Position numbers and translations under genes: made by a program | Notes under the pieces: model-generated | Databases searched by the model: none | Told to the model about the DNA's origin: nothing | The model's input: the letters and a program-made list of their open reading frames with translations, nothing else | In this document: positions 48,340 to 56,482 of the stretch, piece by piece | Layout: each line of letters opens with the position of its first letter | How positions within the stretch are numbered: the first letter of the stretch is position 1 | NCBI GenBank assembly: GCA_943788655.1 | Contig: CALSRB010000005.1 | Location: 258,502 to 322,501, forward strand | Origin: Candidatus Poseidoniaceae archaeon | GTDB taxonomy: Archaea > Thermoplasmatota > Poseidoniia > Poseidoniales > Poseidoniaceae | Length of the DNA stretch: 64,000 nt | Reading direction: 5' to 3'

Positions 48340-50463
48340 ATGGAACCCGTAACCGTGATTTTGATTGGATTGGCCCTTGTTGTCTGCGCATACATGGCTT
48401 GGAACATCGGTGCAAACGATGTTGCAAACGCAATGGGCACCTCTGTCGGATCAAGAGCATTGACCCTCAAACAAGCCGTAATCATCGCTGCTGTCTTCGA
48501 ATTCTGTGGTGCGTTCTTTGCAGGCGATGCCGTAACAGATACGGTGCGCAAGGGCATTCTTACCGTTGATTTCAGCGACGGGACCGTGGATGCTGTGCTC
48601 TCCCAGGACATTGCGTTCGGATTCATTGCTGCAATGATGGCGGCTGCAACATGGCTTACCATCGCAACACGGATGGGCCTGCCCGTTTCCACCACGCACT
48701 CCATCATCGGTGGAATTCTCGGTGTTGGATTGATTCTTGAAGTCAAGCACGGCGAGTCCCTCATCGATTGGGAAGTGGTCCAGAAAGTCGTCATGTCTTG
48801 GGTGGCAAGCCCGCTCATGGGCGGAATCATCGGTTTCTTCTCCTTCATGATCATCAAGAAGTTAATCCTCGACAGCGAGAACCCAATTGACCGATCTCGG
48901 TGGCTGGCTCCTGTGCTGGCCTTCCCGACCTTCTTCGTCCTCGGCCTCGCGCTTCAATTCAAGGCACTCAAAGGCTTCATATCGAGAGCTTACAACGAAG
49001 GGTGGATTGAAAATAAGAACGATTGGTTACCCGTCAAGGAAGACGGTGTCTGGGACCCGTGGGCTGACAACGCCTGGATTCCAATCAACTCAATCATGCT
49101 CGCAGCAGTGATTGGCGTCATCGCAAGCTTGGGGCTTTACTTCGTGCTCCGTCGCATTGACATCAATGAAGAAAAGCGCGGGTTCCGTGGTGTCGAGCGA
49201 ATTTTCGTTTGGCTTCAAATTATCACAGCAGCCTACGTTGCTTTTGCACACGGAGCAAACGACCGCTCCAATGCGATTGGACCAATGGCCGCAGTGTGGC
49301 AAGTTCTGAGCAGCGACACAGGCGAACTCGCGGCGAAAGCAGACATTCCACTCTGGCTCATCCTCCTTGGTTCTGCTGGAATCGCGATCGGTGTCATGAC
49401 ATGGGGATGGAGGGTTATGGAAACCATCGGAAAGAAGATCACCGATATTACACCAACCCGTGGATTTGCCGCAGAATTTGGTGCAGCAACCACCATTCTG
49501 GTGTTCTCGATGCCTTTCTTGGCCGTTCCTGTCTCAACCACGCACACACTTGTTGGCGCCGTGGTTGGTGTCGGTCTGGCTGGTGGTGCAAAGGCTGTTG
49601 ACTTCCGTGTCTTCGGTAAGATTGCCGCCTCATGGGTTGCAAGCGTTCCAGCAGCAGCGTTCGGTGCCATCGTGCTGTTCGTCGCCTCTGGTGGCGAATC
49701 GCTCAACATGATCGTCTTGCTCCCACTCTCCTTCATGGCCGTTGGTTATGCAATCTGGAAGAGCAGCGGTGAGGTGCATGTTGAAGATGCCCTTTCCGAT
49801 GTTGGCGGCGACGGTCACTCCGTCACACCGTTCGAATTGTTCCACGCTCACGCTCAAGAAGTTGAGAAAACCGTTGAGCACATGCTTGAGGCAGTGAACA
49901 TGGCCTGTGATGGTGAGGATGCAAGCGAGGCAATCCAAGCGACCATCGATGCAGAACTTGTGGCTGACAACGTCAAGAGTGAAGTGCGCCGATTGGCCCT
50001 TAACGACATGCGCATGGGTGTTCAAATCAGCCTTGATGACTTCCTTTACATGGTAACTCGACAGGATCGCATCGCCGATTACGCACAGAATGTCGCCGAA
50101 CAGTTGGCTTTCCGACCGTTGTTTGACGATGACCAAGCCAAGGAAAATCTGAAGGAAATGGCCAAGGCGGTTTCCGAAACGGTTGCAAAGTATGAGGACG
50201 CTGTTGAAGCGCTCCGTGACTTCACCATCAGTGGACAAACCAAGGCTGCCGAGACCAAACTCGCTGAACTCATCAAAGAAGTGAACCTCAAGGAGCACGA
50301 AGCCGATGGTGTCGAAGCAATGGCAGCAGCCTACGTGTTCACCAACGGTGAAGATGCGCCGCTTGCAGCCATGCACATGTACCGTGTGTTGCAGCGACTT
50401 GACGATGTGGCAAACGCCTGTGAGAAAGCGGCCAACGCTTTCTTGCCGATCCTCAACCGCTGA
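48340..50463 (+). CDS. PiT-family phosphate transporter fused to a DUF47 (PhoU-like) domain
   Basis: GANDVAN, PVSTTH (twice), HGANDRSN; C-terminal E..AD / QDRIAD / EHEAD / DDVANACE DUF47 pattern. Confidence 0.9.
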   Translation: MEPVTVILIGLALVVCAYMAWNIGANDVANAMGTSVGSRALTLKQAVIIAAVFEFCGAFFAGDAVTDTVRKGILTVDFSDGTVDAVLSQDIAFGFIAAMMAAATWLTIATRMGLPVSTTHSIIGGILGVGLILEVKHGESLIDWEVVQKVVMSWVASPLMGGIIGFFSFMIIKKLILDSENPIDRSRWLAPVLAFPTFFVLGLALQFKALKGFISRAYNEGWIENKNDWLPVKEDGVWDPWADNAWIPINSIMLAAVIGVIASLGLYFVLRRIDINEEKRGFRGVERIFVWLQIITAAYVAFAHGANDRSNAIGPMAAVWQVLSSDTGELAAKADIPLWLILLGSAGIAIGVMTWGWRVMETIGKKITDITPTRGFAAEFGAATTILVFSMPFLAVPVSTTHTLVGAVVGVGLAGGAKAVDFRVFGKIAASWVASVPAAAFGAIVLFVASGGESLNMIVLLPLSFMAVGYAIWKSSGEVHVEDALSDVGGDGHSVTPFELFHAHAQEVEKTVEHMLEAVNMACDGEDASEAIQATIDAELVADNVKSEVRRLALNDMRMGVQISLDDFLYMVTRQDRIADYAQNVAEQLAFRPLFDDDQAKENLKEMAKAVSETVAKYEDAVEALRDFTISGQTKAAETKLAELIKEVNLKEHEADGVEAMAAAYVFTNGEDAPLAAMHMYRVLQRLDDVANACEKAANAFLPILNR

Positions 50464-50562
50464 GCGAGCCATTGATACCGAGGCGCTTCGAGGCACGGGC
50501 ATCCGAGCCGTTCCCCACCGGGCCTTGCCCAACAGTGGAAGCAGGACTCTGGAGTGATCCCT

Positions 50563-51570
50563 ATGGCAGGCATGGACCCTCAACTGAAAGCTAAACTGCA
50601 GAAGCAACGCTACCACATTGTTGGTGAGCACGGCGGGGTGAAAACATGCCACTGGACCAAAGAATCCCTGCTTCGTGACCGCCAGTGCTACAAAGGGAAA
50701 TTCTACGGCATTGCAAGCCACAACTGCATGCAGATGTCGCCGGTGGTCGATCAGTGCAACCTTGCTTGCACTTACTGCTGGCGAGAACCACACATGGACA
50801 CGCTCGAGTTAACCGATCAAGACCCGCTTGAGTTGCTTTACGAATCAGTACGAGCTCAGCGTCGGTTGCTGTCTGGCTTTGGTGGCAACCCAAAGGTGCC
50901 TCGTGAAAAGTGGTTGGACGCTCAGAACCCAAAGCACGTCGCCATCTCTCTGAATGGTGAACCAACCCTCTACACCCGCCTCTCAGAATACATGGATCTG
51001 TGCCACAAGCACGGCATGACAACGATGCTTGTCACCAACGGAACCCTTCCAAAAGTGATTGAGAAGTTGGACACCCTACCGACCCAATTGTATGTCTCAG
51101 TCGATGCGCCTAACAAGGAAGTCTTCGATGCTGTATGCAAGCCAAAATGGAACGGTAACGCCTGGGATAAGTTCGAGGAAACCATCGACCTTCTGCCATC
51201 ACTCGACACCAGAATTGTCGCGCGTCATACACTGATGAAGGGCGTCAACATGTCGGACAAGCACATCGAGCAGTTTGCTGCATTGGACAACCGAGCCGAT
51301 CCTGACTACATCGAAAACAAGGGCTACGTATTCGTTGGACACAGCCGAGAAAACTTGAGCATTGAGAACATGCCAAGCCATGAAGACATCATGGATTTCT
51401 CCAACAAAATTGCGCCCCTGACCAACCGGGAAGTGCTCTCTGATTCCCGCCCGAGCCGTGTGGCTCTTGTGGGGAGGGAGATTTCACCAATCCCGATTCC
51501 TGAAGCAACGATGTTCTTCCCTGAGGATCTGGGAATCGCGCCTTCAGTGAAGCATTTGCCGATGGCTTAA
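50563..51570 (+). CDS. taw1: 4-demethylwyosine synthase (radical SAM, TYW1/Taw1)
   Basis: VKTCHWT, CYKGKFYGI.SH.CMQMSP, CNLACTYCWR, HVAISL.GEPT. Confidence 0.95.
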   Translation: MAGMDPQLKAKLQKQRYHIVGEHGGVKTCHWTKESLLRDRQCYKGKFYGIASHNCMQMSPVVDQCNLACTYCWREPHMDTLELTDQDPLELLYESVRAQRRLLSGFGGNPKVPREKWLDAQNPKHVAISLNGEPTLYTRLSEYMDLCHKHGMTTMLVTNGTLPKVIEKLDTLPTQLYVSVDAPNKEVFDAVCKPKWNGNAWDKFEETIDLLPSLDTRIVARHTLMKGVNMSDKHIEQFAALDNRADPDYIENKGYVFVGHSRENLSIENMPSHEDIMDFSNKIAPLTNREVLSDSRPSRVALVGREISPIPIPEATMFFPEDLGIAPSVKHLPMA

Positions 51571-51634
51571 GCATCCGTCTTGATTGAATCAAATCCACGA
51601 TGGATTTGGGTTCAAGCCAAGGTCCTGCGGTGAA

Positions 51635-51817
51635 TCACTCGCCAGACGGTCCGTCCAACAGCACCTGGAACTCTTTGGTTGCCAGGATGAGTGTTGGAGC
51701 CCAAAGGCCGACAAAGATACCCAACATCTGATCGTCACCAATGAAGTAAATGTACAACGACAATACCACTGACAACATGCTTGCGATTAATCCAATTCTT
51801 GCTATAGTTCCACTCAT
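51635..51817 (-). CDS. Small two-TM membrane protein
   Basis: AGGTGAG RBS; MSGTIARIG...GIFVGLWAPT. Confidence 0.7.
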   Translation of the reverse strand: MSGTIARIGLIASMLSVVLSLYIYFIGDDQMLGIFVGLWAPTLILATKEFQVLLDGPSGE

Positions 51818-51945
51818 ATTTTGCTCACCTAATTTTATGTCTTTCATCATTCATTCTTAAAGGGATGTTTTGAAAACACGGTCAAAACGGCGATTTTGAA
51901 CCCTCTAAGCGTCCTTCGACCGTTCATTCCCCTGCATCCTTCAAC

Positions 51946-52020
51946 GGCCTCACCCTAACCCTTCTGGAATCGAACCAGACCTTCTGCTTGCGCAGCGTGC
52001 ACCGTACACCAAGGGAGGCC
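51946..52020 (-). ncRNA. tRNA-like RNA lacking an anticodon (GCAA tetraloop arm)
   Basis: U8, D arm GTGT/ACGGT/GCAC, hairpin CTGC-GCAA-GCAG, T arm TCTGG-TTCGATT-CCAGA, closing stems CCCT/AGGG and GGCCT/AGGCC. Confidence 0.65.
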
Positions 52021-52039
52021 ATTTCGGGCTTACCACCAT

Positions 52040-52118
52040 TCCTACACAGCCACATTTGTGCGAACACGCGCCAAAGTGCGAACCCCATTCTCTGGGCCAG
52101 TGGCAGTGGTGTGCAAGA
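52040..52118 (-). ncRNA. Putative structured RNA (long bulged stem closing a four-way junction)
   Basis: TCTTGCACA/TGTGTAGGA and GCCAC/GTGGC stems enclose the hairpins CCCA-GAGAA-TGGG, CGC-ACTTTG-GCG and GTG-TTCG-CAC. Confidence 0.5.
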
Positions 52119-52121
52119 TCT

Positions 52122-53755
52122 TCAAGACTCGTCTCCTTGCGCAGATAAAGCGCCAGCAATCAACGGCCAATCGTGTCCTAAGTGCAGATAGGCTTGCAGA
52201 TAACCATCACCACCCATCGACAACCCTCCTCCACTGAGGTGGAAGTTCATCCTCGACGTATTCACCTTCATCCAACGAAACGACGGTCAGTTCAAGCCTG
52301 TGAATGGGCCTTGGTGCGTCGAATCCAAGTTCGTCATAGTACGCCTCCACCGCGGCCATGACTTCTGTTAATTGGGCAGTTCCATGCGCCACTGTGATGA
52401 CTTCCCTGCAATCAAACGACTTCGAGGTGTGCACTGTGATGCCAAACGCTTGAGCCTTTGAATGCTGAATCAAATGCTTCGCTAAGTGAGGTGTGGCCGA
52501 TGATCCCGACCATTTCAGGCCAACCATGGGGTTTGACATCCACGATTCTTTTGTTTGCAGTACGGTGGTTTGATGCTTCCACCACGGGCATCTTCCAACC
52601 ACCTGTTGCTGCAGTGCATGCCTGACGGCCAGCGCTGAATGCTTGGAGTGCAAGGAAGGCGCAAGACTGATGAGATCCCCGTACACAATGTTCAGATGGA
52701 AATGCTCGTTCTTGAGCCTGTAGGACCTCTTTTTGATTTGTTCAGGCAAGCACTTTGGATGATCAACAAGCCACTGGAGGTAGGCAAGGTAGGCCTTGGC
52801 CGGCCATGCAAACCTCGCAGGAACTGGCGTTTTGAACACCATTCCATGCTCTTCTCCATCCATGTAGACCGTTGACCATGTGTCGTGCCAGTTCTCCCAT
52901 GTGATGGCGTTTGGATGGATCGGTTTCTTCCTGTTCTTCATCCAACATTTTCTGCACTTGAGATGGCATCAGCGCCATTTCCAGTATTGTGTTCCAAAAC
53001 CATGGTTTCATGGCTTCAAACCAATCAACTCCGCCCCATTCTCCATCCGCATGATGGTGAACTTTGAACACCGTTGCACTGTATGTTTGCATTTCATGAT
53101 TGGCGTTTTCTCCAAGCCATTCAATGGTGCAGACCTCACTCATCGATGTTGACTCGGTGAGAGGAAATTCTCCACCTGGATGATTGTACCAGCATACGCC
53201 AGATTCGTCGGTTGGCACGTGCTTGTGATCCAAAATAACCAGCCCTCCATCCCTTATGTTGTGAGCAAACTGGGCCATCATCTCTGGAAAGGCATTGTTC
53301 CTATTCTCAACAAACTCGTCAAGCCACGTCAACCAGTCAACATAGAGGACATCAATGGGTGGCGAGTTGGACAGAAAATCGTAGGCCTCCCTCATGACAT
53401 GCAGTTGCCAGTGCGGTGTGGCGAGTGAGGTTTTCCTGAACACTGGCCAGCCTTCAGAGGAGTCATGCAGCCTCTGATAGATGGCATGGTTGATGACATC
53501 TGCGTGGTATGGCCATTCATCAGGAACACACAACATCCCGACATCGACCAAGACCTGCAAAAACGGATGGCCTGCATCTTCAAACAAACTCATGCTCGCA
53601 TGGTAGTGGCTCGCTGCTGCTGGGTGAGCCACCACAAGGGGTCTGTCTTCATCAATTTCAATGGGCAAACCAATGCCCATGCCATTGGCTTCACCATAGG
53701 TGACGCAGCTTCCAAACCCGTTAATTGGCAGCTTCCTTGTCATGCCTTGACCCAT
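52122..53755 (-). pseudogene. Frame-broken gene: class I SAM-methyltransferase-like N-terminal half plus unknown C-terminal half
   Basis: IDVLYVD and IRDGGLVILD motifs. Track ORFs 52763-53968 and 52207-52941 plus a tail DGYLQAYL...GDES* join across frameshifts near 52930 and 52213. These may be sequencing errors. Confidence 0.5.
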
Positions 53756-54205
53756 CAAACACACCTCGGATGCCCAAGTGGCACAACCCTGAAGATTCTC
53801 TTGGTTTGCCTTTCCAGCCTTTCGTATTGATTGGCCAGAACCACACCGCCCGAGCCACTGTGTTTTGCAGTGTCGTAGATGGTGTCGTTGTGCATGGTGA
53901 CAATATGGGCCGTGCACAGCTTGCCATTTGCATCTGGATCGCTTGGTGGGTTGACCGAGTAAAAGCACAAGAAAAACAGGTCGTTGAGTTTGACCAGTTC
54001 GTCGATGTAATGCTCAATTCTCCTCACATCGTGGTTGCAGTACGCCAATTGCATGCCGTATGGTTTGAGGGCATTCGACCAAGAGTGCGGTGACTGTGAA
54101 TTGGTGATTGTCTTGAAATCATCAGGGCTCCACATTTGCTCCCGTTGTTCTTGCAATCATAGCCAACGTAGTCGCCACACAAGAGGGCCCAATCTGCTTG
54201 GTCAT
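53755..54205 (-). pseudogene. Frame-broken C39-like papain-fold peptidase
   Basis: MTKQIGPSCVATTLAMIA... joins the 133-aa ORF at a CCC run near 54127; Q..C, AHIV and YD supply the Cys/His/Asp pattern; ATGA overlap with the upstream gene. Confidence 0.55.
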
Positions 54206-54551
54206 GATTCGATCGCCATAAGGTCAGAGAAGTATGGACCTTCAAACTCATCCGCCAATGGGCGGATCCCACAGTGGGGCGTTTGCGTTTGGTGTCCATA
54301 CCAGTCACAACCACTCCGTGGAAAATTTCTCATCATAGGAGGGATGCTCGTCCTCTGACATCACAAGTGGTGTTGCCGTTTCACAACCAAGGCATGTGCA
54401 GTCATCATTTCCCATTCTTTCATGGCTTGTGATTCCTCCATCACCGCAGTCGTGAGTTCCATTTCTCTGCTTCATGTAGGCGATAGCAAGCATCGCCATG
54501 GTCATGTCGGTGTAGTGTTGCAGTTTTTTCATTCCGTTCTTCTTTTGTCAT
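54202..54551 (-). pseudogene. Frame-broken small Cys-rich protein
   Basis: GAGGTGA RBS, then MTKEERNEK, a shift in an A6 run, LQHYTD...CTCLGC..., a second shift, and CDWYGH...MAIES*. Confidence 0.45.
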
Positions 54552-54562
54552 CTTTTTTCACC

Positions 54563-55362
54563 TCATAGGTATTCTCTGTCTTGATGTGGCCTTCCTGATG
54601 GCCATTCTTCTTCCACTTCTTTGATGTATTCGATTTGCGCTCATATCATGCTCGAAGCCCATTTTCCAAATGTGCGTGTCTTCAATGCACAAGATGGAGC
54701 AACGAAAGCATCGCAAGTGGGAAGCTTTGCCCTTGCTTTTTGTTCGATGCAAAAGTCGACTTCTGATGGCTTGGACCGTTGGTTTGCCACCGTATTCGGG
54801 CACGTGCTCAGGGCAGGTCCAAAACGCTCCAAGCGAATGCTCCACGATGCCTTTCATGAAGAACTGAAGGACATTGGGTTGCCAAGGTGGGCCGAGTTGC
54901 TCCACACCGATTCCAACTGTTTTCTCGTAGTGCTTAACAAGCGAGCCTGGCGTCACCCAGTCTTCGTATTCGATGCACATGTCGAAGCTGAAGGTGTGGC
55001 CATAATCGCCGGTCACCGTGATGGTATATCCGTCGATGGCGATGGCAGGTGAATCGTGCATGAACTGCATAAGTCCAAGCCAGTGTTCCCTTTCGGCAAC
55101 CGCTTCTGGCGGTTCGGTATCAGGTTCTCCAAACGTGAGATAAGTCGTCAAGAGAAGTGAGCACTAGCTCCCATTCAGGCCATGTGTCCCAATCATTACC
55201 TTCTGCGGTGTTGTGTTGATTGTAGGCTGAGAAAATCTGCATGAATTTCTCAGGCAATTGCAGGTTGCCATTGTGGTCGATGAGTTCATCTGGGTCAGTG
55301 TATCCTTGTTGGACAAACCAATTTTCGTGTTTAATGTTTATGTTGTGTATTTTTTTTGTCAT
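54563..55362 (-). pseudogene. Frame-broken hypothetical gene sharing a V.G..G / CI / P..D / D domain with 60416-61357
   Basis: The 80-aa and 197-aa ORFs plus alternate-frame segments DFCIEQKARAKLPTCDAFVA and QIEYIKEVEEEW...EYL* read as one gene with about 4 shifts. Confidence 0.5.
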
Positions 55363-55408
55363 TGTATCCTTTCCTTTTTGTGTTCTTTATTTTTTGAGTC
55401 AAAGCAAG

Positions 55409-55480
55409 CAGAGGTACCCGGATTCGAACCGGGGTCCAGGGATCCGAAGCCCCTGATGCTATCCACTACACCATACCTCC
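55409..55480 (-). tRNA. tRNA-Arg (TCG)
   Basis: GGAGGTA/TACCTCT acceptor, D loop with GGA, AGGGG-CTTCGGA-TCCCT anticodon arm, CCCGG-TTCGAAT-CCGGG T arm, G73; no encoded CCA and no intron. Confidence 0.93.
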
Positions 55481-55696
55481 ATGCTGCTTTCAAACAGTGA
55501 AAACGCGTATGCAATGTTGGAAAAGAGCGATAACGCCCTTTCTGTGGTTGCATAAGCAGCGTTCACTGCCAAACCCAGATCAGTCGCACTAACTGCGATG
55601 ACGGAGGGTCCGCATCAACGAAAATAGAATGTTGAATTTTGGTCCCCTCATACTTGCTCACCTGTTCCGGTACATCTCACCATAAGCGGACCTCCC

Positions 55697-55710
55697 ATAA
55701 AAAACTTTCG
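55697..55710 (-). promoter_or_regulatory. Archaeal BRE-TATA promoter for the tRNA-Arg transcription unit
   Basis: CGAAAG-TTTTTTAT on the minus strand, about 215 nt upstream of the tRNA. Confidence 0.55.
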
Positions 55711-55853
55711 CTCAGCACAGCGTTTCTTGAGCCCCTAAGTGTCCGCGCAAGCGCGGAAAGTAACATTATCGCGCCCGCACGTGGGGCATACTTAGGAGGA
55801 AATTGAACCTCCCGAAGTACACGGTTAATTGGTCCAAATTCAAAGAATCTAAC

Positions 55854-56466
55854 TCAAGCCGAATCTTCTGGGAACACAATGGTTGCATCTCCCTCAACCC
55901 ACTGCTTGTGCTTCTTCATGCAGGCTTTGAACGCCTCACTTTCGAGGTTCTCCGTTAACCATTCTACCACGTTGGCCCACGGCTGAACATCAAACCAATC
56001 TCGATTGTGATTGGCAAACTGCCGAACAAAGGGGAACAACGCATCGCTCAATGCTTCACTCATCAAGGGTTCAGTGGCCAATCGCCGGTCCAAATCCATC
56101 AGGTAAGCCGAGGCAAGAGTGCGTTGTTCGATTTCGTCAACGTCTTCGTAGCGGTTGGGGTACTTGTATCGGTCAAGATGGAACTTGAATTCATCATCGT
56201 TGCGTGAAATCCAATGCTGTTCTTCTTCTGACAACGTCCAATCCAAGACGTGCTGCATAATCTCGAGGCTCTCTTCAATGACGGTTCCATCGGCCAATAA
56301 CAGAGACCGGGACGGTGCCTTTGGGTGAAACTTCCATCATGTGTTCAGGTCGGTCCCGAAGGATCACTTCCCTCAATTCAACTTGGAACTGGGTGCGGAC
56401 AATGGACATCCGAGCGCGCATGGCGTATGGGCACCTGCGAAACGAATAGAGAATGGGTAGCGCCAT
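55854..56466 (-). pseudogene. Glutathione S-transferase family gene with a +1 frameshift
   Basis: LYSFRRCPYAMRAR...SPKGTVPV, then one extra base near 56303, then LLLADGTVIEESLEIM...FK.HLDRYKY...PFVRQFA. May be a sequencing error. Confidence 0.85.
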
Positions 56467-56482
56467 CAGATGGCCTCCATCT

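Noticed and set aside
49630-50793. 387-aa antisense ORF and many similar shadow ORFs
   Set aside because: They lie opposite well-supported genes (PiT, taw1) and lack motifs; codon bias explains them.
51952-51962. AGGGTTAGGGT telomere-like repeat
   Set aside because: Fewer than two full units; it is chance or part of the RNA's internal loop.
51946-55480. Island as a tRNA-integrated provirus with attL/attR
   Set aside because: The tRNA mimic does not duplicate the tRNA-Arg 3' end, and no integrase, capsid or replication gene is visible.
55490-55850. SRP RNA, RNase P RNA or hammerhead/HDV ribozyme
   Set aside because: I could not find the conserved cores (SRP helix 8, GAGGAAAGUCC P4, CUGAUGA/GAAA) on either strand.
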